From assembly GCA_013265495.1 (NCBI GenBank), contig MU058233.1, positions 35,038 to 99,037 on the forward strand: DNA of 64,000 nt, read 5' to 3'. How positions within the stretch are numbered: position 1 is the first letter of the stretch; the number at the start of each line of letters is the position of its first letter. The DNA is from Vicugna vicugna. Its lineage: Eukaryota. A model generated the notes under the pieces. The model was not told the DNA's origin. It did no database searches and was given only the letters and a program-made list of their open reading frames with translations. Of the stretch, positions 1 to 11,858 are shown one piece after another. The translations under genes were made by a program, and so were the position numbers.

Positions 1-39
1 ACTAAGCATGTGCTCTACCACTGAGCCGCACCGTCCCCC
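1..39 (-). mobile_element. 5' head of a tRNA-Ala-derived SINE (camelid Vic-1-like), cut off by the window edge
   Basis: Reverse complement reads GGGGGACGGTGCGGCTCAGTGGTAGAGCACATGCTTAGT: a pol III A-box followed by the CTTAG anticodon arm, the same head as the other copies in the window. Confidence 0.75.
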
Positions 40-3000
40 GACCCCAGCATTAATACATTTCTATGGATTGTTACGTGTCGTGTTCCTATTTGTTCCGAAA
101 TATGCTGTTCTACATGAAAAACCCGTTAAAAATGGGTTGCTCCCCAACCCATATTCAATGCTAAAAGCTTCTGTTTAAGGTTGACTATATGGAATTTGTT
201 TGATATGAATGATCATTTTTGACCTTTTATGCAAATATGAATATGGAGGTATAATAGATTTCGTTGCCTTGTTTAATTTCTATTAAAATGTTTAATGGCT
301 GTACGGTCCCAAAGAACATCACTGAGCTATTTAATGTTCTCCCAAAACTAAGAATATTTACTACCCATCGGGGAGCAAAGTAAGCCATGTTGGATAGTGA
401 TTTGCTCTCTCAATGTAGAGCTCCTTCTGGTGTTAGTACAAAACGGTCTTGAGTAGGAAGTTGTCTTGATTATGTGGAAATCGTGTTTCTGTGCTTATCG
501 GGTCGCTGGCGTAGAACAACTTGCTTTTCCTTTATGGGGTGTCAGTGTTTCATTCTTCATAATTACTGTGGTTTGGGACAGTGATTCACTGTGTAAACTA
601 TACACTGTCGTGCCCAGGCTCGTGGGGAAAATGTCAGAAGGTAGAGGGGTCTGCATCATGCACTCCCCTTGGGGACAGCGCCGAGGCTGCCGGCTCACGT
701 TTTGGCGGACGCCTGCTGCCTGGGTGCGCGGCTTGCTCTGGCTGCGGCCGTGGTGGGTGGGGGGCCCTCTTAGTTAAGAGAGCAGGTGCTTTAGAGGAGT
801 CTCAGTTTTTAAACCAGGCTTTAGGCTTAGAACCTACACACTGCGGGCCCTCTGCGATTTTGTGTGAGGGGCAAGGAGCAGTCAGGGATCCCGGGGCCCT
901 GGGAGCCCGTGCTGGTGCCTGCCCCAGACTGGTCACCACAGACGCTGCCCGCCTGGGTCCACGCCCCCCCAGGCCTCAAGACTCCAGCCCCTAGGGCACC
1001 TCACGGCCTTACTTCAGTTTTCCGTGGTGACTGTGTGTGCGATTCTTACGTTTCTTGGGATGTAGGACCTGTTTTGCCCAGAATGCGCAGCCCAGCGTCA
1101 TTTGTCCTGACGTGCGTTCAGTCACTCACCCCTTTCCCGGGGACCTGGAGGTCACTTTGGTCACTCCCGAGTGCTCTGCAGCCCAGGCCGGTCTCTGCCT
1201 GTGCTGTGCGGTGCTGCTCTGCGGGGAAGGTGGACGCGGGCCACTCGGCCTGTTCTCTCGTGCCCCTGAGAGGCAACAGACGGCACAGGTCGAGCTCTGA
1301 GCCCAAACGATGTCCTGCAAATAATGGCGGCAGGTGCACGAGGTCACAGGGACCCACGTGTTCCGTAAGACCGCGCATTTCACTGCTGCCCAGCAGGCCT
1401 CTGTCTGAATGCACTTCCAGGGGAGCTGTGCTTGTCTGAGCGTATCTTACGGACAAAAGGAAAAGGGGGAAGGGGCAGTGCACGGTCGCAGCAGGTGCCG
1501 CGTTTCTGTCTGCTGGGTTAGTGACAACATCAGGTGGAAACCGTGCGTGGACCGCGCGCCGGGCGCGGCGCTGGGCTTTCCACTGAAGTGAGGCTCTATT
1601 GGATGCTGTTCTGATTAGAGCCTGATTCTTGTCATAAATTCGGCTGCTCTTGCCACAGGAAGCGGTGGGAAGGAAAGAGACGTGGTTGACCCCGTGTCCT
1701 GTGGAGCAAGAGCGCTCGCCTTCTCCCGGGGTCTGTGACGGACGACGAGCGTTCCCCTGGCGCGGGACGTGTCGTGCGCCTCTGCCCTCCGGGCACTTTG
1801 TTAACTGTCTGTCTTTCTGTGCGGAACCTAAATGGGTTTACGAAGTTGTGTGTGTCTCTGTATTCCTTTACAGCTTCAGGGTTTTGAATCTTGTTTTGGA
1901 AGCCGTTTCCTGTATTTTCCTGTATTTCCTGGTATTACTTCCACAGTTTCGTTTGTACAGCTGACTTGTGGCTCGATCTGGTGTCTGTCTGGGGCTCTGA
2001 GTGAAGGGGGTGTCTAACTTCCCTCCCTGGCCGTGGAGGAGGAGAGGGCCGGCCCGCTGCCCTCGGGGGCCCCCCTCACCCGCCCCACCTGCCCCCCGTC
2101 CTGCTTCAGGCGTCTGCGCTCCCGCGCTTCCCGAGGCTCGTTGGGAGTCTCCCCCGGCACGGGTTCCCTGACCTCGCGCGCCGTCCCCCCGCTCCCCGGG
2201 GCCTGCTGCGGAGTTCTCGGGGCCACGTGAGTGGAGCTGGGGAGGAGCTGGGAGGTGCTGGCTGCCCTCTTGGGCCCAGGCGCTTCTTAAAAGCAGCTCT
2301 CCCGTGTCAGTCAGTCTTCGTGACACACACGTATCTGTGTGCTGGCTATCTCCTGAACCCTACTCTACGGTAGGAATAATCATGACATTCTTCACGAGAA
2401 GAGGTTTCCCCTGAAACTAACATGATGCCGACGGCGGAGGAGGACTTTCTCCGCTCCGGGTGTTGACCCTGCACCAGCCGCCTGGCGGCAGGCCTGAAGG
2501 GTGTTCACAAGGAGCTTTGCTCTCCGCTGTCACTGTCTAGTCTGGAAGTCACCTGTACGCTGCCTTTCGACCACGGTAGCCATAATGCTATTTCCTAAGT
2601 GGGCCTACTTTTAAGAAACTTCAGACCATCAGGTTGATGTGGTCAACAGAGGACACTTCCACTCAGAGGGCAAGGGATTGTGTTTCCTTTAAGGACAGTC
2701 ACTGTGAAGTGATCGTTCGTAATCGTCGTGTGCATGGGCTGCACTGATTCAAAAGCCAGTCTCCCTGTTGAACCAGAGCCCGTGGAAATGCGCATCAGGG
2801 TCCGCGCTTCCGCGCCTTTGACGTGGACTCTAGCTTCTGTGGGGGTCAGTAAACACCTTTACTTGTGGACGTTTATCCTGTGTGAGTGTGGAGAACGTTA
2901 TTAGTTCAAGAATTAAATTTGAGAATTAAGGCATTTATATTTGTTGAAGGATTCAACCTTGAAATTACAGTATAAACATTTTTAATTGCCCATTTTTAGT

Positions 3001-3639
3001 GAGAATAATTTCCCACTTTATTTGCGTGCAATTTCCTAGCATTAATCTCTTCATTGATACTAAAAGAATTTTAGATGTATGGCTTCCAGCTCTTGGGCTG
3101 AGGGCTCCATGTGTGGATAGGAATTGCCGGCTTGAGACGTGGTGGGCGTGACTCAGCATTGGTTTGAAACTGCTTACTTTAAGTGGGAGTGTTGCTGATC
3201 GGGGGGCCGGAGCCCCGCCTTACAGGGAGCAGGAAGGAGGAGCTGGTGAGGAGGGTGGGTGCAGGCGAGGCTTGGCCTGAGCGCGTGCTTTCTCTGGCTG
3301 TATATAGATGGGTGTTTTCCAAGCGATAAAGAGGAGTACCAGCTGCGAAAAAGGGAAGAGAAGGGGTTCTTAGGTCCTTGAGAAACTTGTAGGAACGTGT
3401 GCCCCTCCCTAGAAAAATGTTCGTGTGTGTGTAAAACTTGCATGCCCCTTTCCCAGGGGCTTCCCGAGCCCCTGGCCTCTGCCGTGGACCCCCTGGTCTG
3501 GAAACCCACTGAGTAGTGCAGGAAGCCTGCCTCCGGGCAGTTCGGTGCGAAGCTGGAGTAGCACCTGGGTGGGTGCCTCATCTCCCCACAGAATGCTGCG
3601 CGGTTCAGAAAGTGACCAGGCGCTTCCAAAGGAAATCAC

Positions 3640-3797
3640 TTCTTCTTCTTCTTCTTCTTTTTTTTTTACTTATTTTTTGATGGGGGGAGGTAATTAGGTT
3701 TATTTAGTATTTATTCTTCAAGGAAGTAGTGGGACTTGAACCCAGGACCTCCCGCATGCTAATCGTTTGCTCTGCTGCTTGAGCTGTGCCCTCCCCC
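3640..3797 (-). mobile_element. tRNA-Ala-derived SINE (Vic-1-like), full length, with A-rich/(GAA)n tail
   Basis: Minus strand shows the GGGGGAGGGCACAGCTCAAGC head, TTAGCATGCG, B-box GGTTCAAGTCC, family segment AAATAAACCTAATTACCTCCCC, then poly(A) and (GAA)n. Confidence 0.85.
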
Positions 3798-3887
3798 GGA
3801 AGTGACCTCGTACAGTCGACAGTGAGACAGGGCTATGTCTGTTGAGCCACGCGGCCGCGGGTGACGTGGGTGTGTGCTCTCTCGCAG

Positions 3888-4113
3888 CCCCCGACGGCCA
3901 AGATGCACGCCATCATCGAGCGCACGGCCAGCTTCGTGTGCAGGCAGGGCGCGCAGTTTGAGATCATGCTGAAGGCCAAGCAGGCCCGGAACTCGCAGTT
4001 TGACTTCCTGCGCTTTGACCACTACCTCAACCCCTACTACAAATTCATCCAGAAAGCTATGAAGGAAGGACGGTACACGGTACTGGCAGAAAACAAAACC
4101 GAAGAGAAAAAGA
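3888..4113 (+). CDS. SFSWAP: SFSWAP coding exon (probably exon 5), first SURP/SWAP motif
   Basis: ctctctcgcag|CCC...AAGA|gtacgt; 226 nt, phase 0->1. Translates [74 protein letters not shown], recognisable as SFSWAP SURP1. Confidence 0.97.
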
Positions 4114-5047
4114 GTACGTGACCCTGTTTCTGTCCTGGGCTGGGCTGGGGGCGGGGTCGCCCTGGGAGGGTTGGAGAGGGTCGAGCTTACAGATGCCTGG
4201 CTGAAAGCCGTCCGTGAAACCCGGCCCCCAAGGCACGGTGGTCAAGCCTGCGGGCGCCGTGCGCGTGATGCCCATCTTGATAAGCCTGGAAAACACATCA
4301 GGTTCTCTATTAACGCTTTACAGATGGTTGAAGTAGACGTAAACACTGATGCTGTCAGAGCGCAGCCGTCCAGGCTGGGAGGGTGCCCTCTCGTTGGGGC
4401 TGCTCGACAGACATGGTGCAGAGAAGGCAGTGAGCCTTGTGCTTCCAGATCGTTCTAACACACACTCCGCGAGGGCCTGAGCTCCAGTCCACAGGCCCCT
4501 GAAAGCCCCTTCCTCTGCCTTTTTACTCATCTCTCCTTAAGCTATTGTTTTCATAAGAGTCTAAATTTAGAATTCTTACTGCAAAGGGTTTTGCATCGAG
4601 TTCAGAGACAGCAGTCCGTGTGAACCTGCCATGAGAGCTCGCTCTCCTCCGAGACATGGTTTTCACAGCCAGTGGTGTGCGTCTCACCACACATCTCGTC
4701 TTCTCCGTGTCTGTTCGCTGGAGTTTTAAAAAATAGTCCTTGCTGTTATTTTGCCTTCATAAAGCAGTGAGATTTTTGCCCTTTTTCTAACAAATTTAAA
4801 GACAGAGAGTCCCTGGACTAGTTAATGCCAGAGGGAAGGCGCCAGCCGGGCGAGGTCTCGCTCCTTCCACACCCGCCTGGCCTTCTGCTGAGCAGCCTGG
4901 GTGGCGACAGCGCAGAGAATAATTTCCAAGGGTGTTTTTGGGCAGATGACCGAGGAGTGACTGCACGTAGCCCTGCCTTTGTCTGTGTCTAAGTTCTTGC
5001 ATGACATATTGGTGCCTTGAGATCTCGAACCCTACTTTTGCTTTCAG

Positions 5048-5160
5048 AGGCGGGGGCCGGCTCCGACCACGAGGAGGACGAGGAGGAGGAGGACGGGAGT
5101 TACCTGCACCCGTCCCTCTTCGCTTCCAAGAAGTGCAGCCGCCTGGAGGAGCTGATGAAG
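5048..5160 (+). CDS. SFSWAP: SFSWAP coding exon (probably exon 6), acidic stretch
   Basis: ttttgctttcag|AG...ATGAAG|gttctt; 113 nt, phase 1->0. Translates (K)[37 protein letters not shown]. Confidence 0.95.
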
Positions 5161-6117
5161 GTTCTTATCGCTTTGTGGGCCGTGTGTCGCCATAGCAAAG
5201 CTGCTGGCTTCACCTTGGAAATTACTAAGCAGGCGTTTCTTTTGTCCAACAGCTGTATTGTATTTTGGTATCATTGAGGTACATTTTACCTTTTCGTTTT
5301 GCCATCGTGGCAGAGATCTGCTACCTGTAGTTTTTTGTGTCCCATTTTGTAAAACCACAGGGAATTGTCTTCATTTTGTTGTAGTTTTTACTCTGGGATA
5401 TTTAGAGTAAGTAGAATGTTGGTTAAGACTTGGAAACTGTTTTTTCGTGCAGATTTCATCATAACAGGATTAGATTTTATAGCTGTCCAGAGTACGTGCT
5501 GCTTGAAATCGTCTGTTACCATCACAGGCACCATAATCTGTTACCTAAAGATAAAAATTTTTTTTCTGACCTTCCCTCATCCTTATTATAAAAGAGTCAC
5601 TCGGCGTTGTCATGCAGTTAGTCCGTGCTGCTCAGTCTGCCATCTGCAATGGAAAAGCAGGGGTCCGTGAGACCCAAGCACACCATTTCGCATCTCACAG
5701 GGTGGCTCATCCCTTGAGGGAGGATTGTAGATTCATTGGACGTGGTGATTCAGAATCAGAAGTTGCTTTAAGGATGGACAAAGTTTCAAGTTTTGAGCAT
5801 GTCTGCCGGCTCGCACTTGCACCGGAAGCCGTCCAGTCCTGACCATCCCTCCTTCCTTTCCTTAGTGTTGTCAGGAAGGTGGAAGCAGTTCGTTTATTCA
5901 GTTCCTCTGGAACTTCCGACCGGCCAGAGCTCTCAGCTACAGTAGTCAGGACCTCCGTGTGTGCACGTGTGTGTGGCAGTGGTGCGCACGCGTGTGCTGA
6001 GGTGTTCCTGAAGCACAGACGCTGCTCTGAGGTTGAGCTGAGCCTCCCTGCCACCAGAGGGTTCTGCGTGACGCAAATACAGGAAGCAGTGTGACCTCGC
6101 GTCCTCTCTGTCTGCAG

Positions 6118-6253
6118 CCTTTGAAGGTGGTGGACCCGGATCACCCCCTGGCGGCGCTGGTCCGCAAAGCGCAGGCTGACAGCCCCGCCCCCACCCCGCC
6201 CACGGCAGACGGCGCGGCAGGGCAGCCCTCCCGGGTGGAGTACGCCTCTGACT
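6118..6253 (+). CDS. SFSWAP: SFSWAP coding exon (probably exon 7)
   Basis: ctctctgtctgcag|CCT...GACT|gtgagt; 136 nt, phase 0->1. Translates [45 protein letters not shown]. Confidence 0.95.
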
Positions 6254-9200
6254 GTGAGTACCTCGCTGTGCGCCTCCCGGCCCGCAGCAGCAGCAAGGCT
6301 TACCCAGCAGGGTGTTGGGGCGGTGTGGAGGCAGGCCTGGTAGGGGTGCCGTGAGGAACCCCCTGCACAGCCGTCCTCAGGCTTGAGCGCGTAGCTTCAT
6401 CCTTCGGGTCACCTATGTTGGCAAGACGGCTGCTGTCACCAGCATCAGCCCTACACTCCAGGCGGAAGGCTGAAGAGGAGGGGCAGGGGCAGACAGGAGG
6501 TGCTAGTGACTCTGCCCCTCCTCAGAGACCTCCCCGAAGCCGTGCCTGGCGACCTTCTTTAACCTCGTGGGCTTGACGGTGTCATGTGAGAGGCCGGGAA
6601 ATGGGCTTCCAGTTCAGTGGGACACATTGCTGCCCTAAACAGAATCAGAGCTCTGTTAAGGACAGCGGAGAGCGTGGACGGTGGTGGACGTGTGCTGTCG
6701 GCCACAGTGGTCTTCCCGAGAAAGACGCAGCCTGAGACAGCACGTGGCGCGCGCTCGGGCCTGGTCGCAGCTCCTGAGCACTCTCGCTGGTTGCCATCTT
6801 CTTTTTAATTACTTAAGGTTATTCATAGAAGGCAAATCTTGAAGTTCTATTCAGGAAATCATTTGGAAGTATTTAACCTCCGCCTCACCATTATCAGGTC
6901 TTTTAAAAATTATTTTATTCAGAGGCGAGATGTAGAAAGAGAGAATAGCCCTTGGCAAAGCTGTGGGGCTCGCGTGCTCGGCCTGTGTCGCAGGCACTGA
7001 GACGCTGTGAGCCCGTCCAGAGCCGTTCACTCCCAGCAGCGGCTGGAGACTCGGCCTGAGTTTGATTCTCCCTCAGGTTCGCTGCTTGTTACTTGGAGAC
7101 CAAGCCTTTGTTAAGGGTGACACCTGCACCCTTCACACCCCCCGTCTCTCATGCACAGCTTTGATGCGCTCAGTTCACATTTTTAGACTTCAAAAGTCAG
7201 TTACTTGAGTGAACTTAATGTGTGTGTCCTAAAAAAAAAACCTCTTGGAGAATTCACGTAATTTACTTAACTATTAAATCAAGTTGGTTCAAATTTCATT
7301 GAGTGCTCAAGTCCAGGAGCAGATCTGGCACGGCTCCTCCTCACCCGGTGCTTAGGTTCCGGGCGGTGGGTGGTGAGCTCGGCATTCGAGGCCATGGTCT
7401 CTGTGGTGCTGAGTCACAGAGCACGGAGGGAGTGAGCCGAACGTCTGCCCCACCTCGTGTCGGTCCAGGGACATCACTGAGGGGACATCTCTTGGCTTCC
7501 TTGTTTCCTTTACGACCCTGTCGTTGACGTTCGTCAAGTTCAGCGCAGCGCCTGTTCACCTCCCCAGCCTCCTGACCCTGAGACGAGGAGAAAATCCGAG
7601 CTGAGCGGCCATTTGCATCGCTCACCACTGGTGTACATGCAGCCGAGTGCTGGGGTCTTTCCTGGCACAGGGCATCCACAGACCCTGCAGGCCTGGACAG
7701 GGCAGTGGCGAGAGAGGCTGCCTGTGACTTGTGGTCCTACTGTGAGACCCCACGGTCTGGCTGTTGACCTTGGGCTGGGCTGAGCAACGCCAGGCGGAAG
7801 ATGAGAGGGGTGGCCAGGTTCCCGGGAGCTCGCTGCAGTGCCCAGAGCCCGTTGACTCCCTCCTGCAGCCCATCAGGGGCCCACAGGCCACGCTGGCTGT
7901 AGCAGCCTCCACCCATCCTTGCTCTGTGCAGACTCTGCTGGCCAGTCCACGGGCATGACCCTTGACCCCAGCCGGAGATGCTCCAGTGAGGCGGGCACCA
8001 GTTAGTAACCACCTCTTTCCTCAATAAAGTAGTCGTTTGACAGCCATCTTCCCCTTCACACTTGCAAGAGCGACAGCCTGAGCAGGACAGGGCATTTGGG
8101 GGTCATGCCTGGTGTGGACACACACCCCGCGTTGAGGGCCAGCCCCCCGTCTGCCTGTCCGGCCCAGCAGGGATGAAGGAGTGAATACTGACAGAGCGTG
8201 TGGCTGACTAGACGTGGATTCCAGCCGTGCCAGAGGGCTGGGGCCGAGTTCTAGGTTTTCCAGAGAAGCGAGGAATCTAGAATGTTTAGAGGAGACATCT
8301 CAACGCACAGATGTCAGCAGTGACTTCACATTGTGTCAGAATACGAGGCAGTCTGCCAGAACACATGGCAAACCTGATGCTGCTCTTAGGCACCCATGTC
8401 CCACCTGTGGGTCCAGGAGGGGTTCCAGGCCTGGGACGGGGGACATCGCAGTTTCTCTGCGGAGACCGTCCCCAGCAGCAGTCAGCTCTGCCCAGAGGCT
8501 AGGGAAGGGGGCTGAAAGTGTCCTTCAGAGTTCACTGTAAACGCATCACTCCCAGAAGTGAGAGCATTTTCATTAGAATGGGGAGGACAAAGCCAGACTC
8601 CACCCGGGTGGGAAGCGCTGGGGGGCCTAGAAGTGGAGGCCTGGACACAGACCCTTTGTGACCTTGGCTGGGAAGAGGGCAGGGACTAGTGGGGAAGAGC
8701 CCCCTTCGAGCGTGGCTCCTTGGGTTGCCGTGACAACTGCCCGCCCAGCCTGCAGGGCCCATAGTGGGGAGGTGGCCTGGATGTTCCCGGGAAGAGCCAT
8801 GGGCCTTTGGGTCCAGTTCAGAAGAACACCTAGAAGACATAAACCCAAGCACCTGGACTCAGGCTCTCAGTGGTGATTGTCCTCGTTTGTGGTTAGATGC
8901 TATGGTTATCTTAAAAAACAACAAGCAAGAATATGAAAAATTTGAAAAAGAAGACAGTTAAGGGAGATGTGGCCCATAGAATAATGAAGTGAGATGTTGC
9001 AGTGGAAGTCCTTTAGAGCCTAATGACTGGTGGCTTAAACCAAGTGTGTGGTTAAAACAGTGCTACGTACGGGCCTGAAGTATCTTCCAACTTGGAAGGT
9101 GCAGGTGTGCCCTCAGCCCGTTTGATGGGGGCCACGGCCCTGCCTTTGGCGGGTGTCCTCGCCGAGCCCAGCCAGCTGCTGTGGGTGAGCGGAACCCCGG

Positions 9201-10075
9201 GCTCGCAGCCTGTTACCTCAAGGCCCTCCCAGTTCGCTCTTCCTCCTCGGGTTCCGCAGCAGGGCTTTGTTTTCGTTTTTTTTAGGCAATTGGCATTTTA
9301 TCCGATCTTTCCAAAGGATTCAGTTTCATTTTCACAGAAATTGTAAGTCTCTTCTCTCATTCAGATTTCATCTGTTTGCACAGATTTTAATTAAATACAT
9401 AATTACAGTATGTTTAACTGGAGAAAGTTTAAGTGGAAAAACTGCTGGTGAAATCAGAAAGGCCCGGCCTTCTGAGGAGCTGCGTCCCAGCCTGGTGTGT
9501 TGGTGCCTCCAGGCGCCTTCCCCAGCACAGCCCCGGAAGTTCCTCAGAGAGAAAGGTTGGAGGGGCCCTGGAGATGGATTTAAACCAGGAAGGGCTGTCT
9601 TAGGAAAAGCTCAGAGGTGGGAAAAGCTGTTTGGAGAACAGATCACATTAGAGCATCACTTTCTATCCAGCAGCAGAAACACTTCCAGATGTGAGTGTTC
9701 TCGGAAAGCGAGGGTACTTCAGCAGATAAAGAATCATCTATTTTAAGCCAACAGACATATTTAGCTAATGGAAAAAATAAAATTGTTGAGAAAGCAGAAA
9801 AAAACTAACATACAAACAGCTTTTACAGTCAAATAGGAAAAAGAAGCTTATGGTCCAGTGGAAAAGTGAACTTTATTATGAATAATTTACAAAGATAAAA
9901 ATGGTCAATTTTTTTAAAGGTTTATCCTTGCTATGCACTCAGATGGCGTTGTATCTGATTACTTTAGAACGTTACCTCCAGAGAAAATAAAATCCAGTGT
10001 TTCACTTATGTCAGTGTGCAGAAAATGTATGAAGAATATGGGACTTTTTGGTACAGTGGAAAGGTGTTCAGGAGT

Positions 10076-10200
10076 GGGAGGAGGGCATAGCTCAGCGGCA
10101 GGGCGCTTAGCATGCACAGGGTCCTGGGTTCAATCCCCAGTACCACCTCAAAACTAAATAAACCTAATTACCCTCAGAGAAAAAAAAAAGGAAAGAAAAG
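10076..10200 (+). mobile_element. tRNA-Ala-derived SINE (Vic-1-like)
   Basis: GGAGGGCATAGCTCAGCGGCAGGGCGCTTAGCATGCACAGGGTCCTGGGTTCAATCCCCAGTACC...AAATAAACCTAATTACCC followed by an A-rich tail. Confidence 0.85.
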
Positions 10201-11794
10201 TTGCACTTGCAGGCACACAAGAACACTTTGAATTTAAGTCTTCTGATAAAATTTCTGGGCTGTGGAAAATTTATTCATGCGTACATGTTTGAATTTCTTA
10301 GTAATTGTAGGGATTATGTTAAAGAAATAGAGACCACGCCTCCAGGGATGTGCCATCTTCAGCTGTCATGTAAGCAGAGAAGGACAAGGTGGACAGGCGC
10401 TCCTGCCTTGCCAGTGGGAGTGTAGACTTGTGCACGGCGGTGGGCGGGCAAGCCGACGGTGCAGACTGGAAGCCAAAATGCGCAGAACTGCACTGACCCA
10501 GAACTTCTCCTTCAGTCTCCACACATAGGTGTAAAGACTGAGCTACGGGAGTGTTCCTTGTGAGTAAGATTTTTACTGCTCGCCAAGGACTGAGATGCCC
10601 TCTGTCCTTCGGGGGGGACTCAGGGAGTGAGTGTCCGCGCCTGTGAGCTCAGGCAGAGTGGGCTGCCGGGGTCAGAGAGGGAGCCCCTCGTTGGGGAGGG
10701 CGAGGGCAGAAGGGGAAGGGTAGGTTTGGGGTGAGGCCATTGGGGTCCCTTCAGAAGGGGGGTCGGGTGAGAGGCCGGTGCCGGCGGTGTGCTCCGAAGA
10801 GGACCCAGGAGAACAAGGTGCAGGGCGGGGGAGCCATCGCTCCCTGCCTGCTTGTACTGCTTAGAGCCTCCCCAGAAAAGGCAGAGATGCAAGCTGCTCA
10901 CTCGGCAGCACGGCCGAGTTAACCCCACGTGGGTCTGCGGTTTTAACGACCGGCCTGTTTTCAGTCCCCGGTACTCTGCCGAGGCCAGGTGCCCGCCTGC
11001 GGGCCCTGCAGGGGGCTGCAGTCCCCAGGCTCTTCCGTCTGCTTGTGTTACTCGGTGTTTAGTCATCACCTAGAATGTGCTCGGGCATCCCCTGTTGCTT
11101 ACTTCCTGCCCATCAGAGATCTTCCTAGATTTTAGCAACCTGGGGAAAAAGCACCTCTTTTTGTTTTACAGTTAGAAACTCCTTAAATGTAAACGTGTAA
11201 AACATAGTTTCTTTCATTTATTAGCCCGACCGTGGGCTCTTTCATGCTGTTTTCTGTTATTATTTACTTGTCTTCTGCCGTTTAGCGATTAATCCTCGCG
11301 GAAGCGCGTAATAAATAAAATTAATGATGCAGGAAGCAGTCATGCTGAGATGCTAGCCACCATTGTAGCATGCAGGGTTGTTTTTTAAATAAAATGCCAG
11401 CTCTGTTTTTTAATGTTTCTATAAATAGCTTCAGTGAGGTTGAACCACGTGGGGGCCACGGTGGGTACCTTCTTGCTGCTGTCCATTTACTTAAGTGTGG
11501 TTTTGCTGTGGTTTTGGCGGTTTCTTTTTTTTTTTTTCCTGCAAAGTCATGACCTTGAAATGCTTTAATTTACCTGGCAGACTAATTAGAAACGGCTCTA
11601 TTGTAAATCAGGAGAAGTAGAAGGGAAAAAGTAAAAGGATTACCCAAGACGCTGCCGTCTAGCAATGGCCATTTTTATCATTAGGTGGAAACGCCACTAA
11701 CACAGTGGGAAAGACTGAGATGATGTAGTAAATAGAGGAGCCAAAGCAGCAAAGACGATGCTCACGCAAAGACAGGGAGTAAAGACTGATGCAT

Positions 11795-11858
11795 GGGGCG
11801 GGGGAGCAGCTCAGTGGCAGAGCGTGAGGTTCAGTCCCCGGTCCCTCCACTGAAAAAA
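11795..11858 (+). mobile_element. Short, internally deleted copy of the same SINE
   Basis: GGGGCGGGGGAGCAGCTCAGTGGCAGAGCGTGAGGTTCAGTCCCCGGTCCCTCCACTGAAAAAA: A-box and B-box present, anticodon arm missing. Confidence 0.65.

Noticed and set aside
132..152. 8-bp hairpin ATGGGTTG/CAACCCAT in an AT-rich stretch
   Set aside because: Too short, with no accompanying C/D, H/ACA or pre-miRNA features I could verify.
10076..10150. tRNA-Ala-like sequence here and in the other SINE heads
   Set aside because: Degenerate stems plus a family-specific 3' extension and A tail indicate SINE copies, not tRNA genes.
11320..11400. Possible box C/D snoRNA (ATGATG...CTGA)
   Set aside because: Imperfect box C (ATGATGC), CTGA too close, and no terminal stem.
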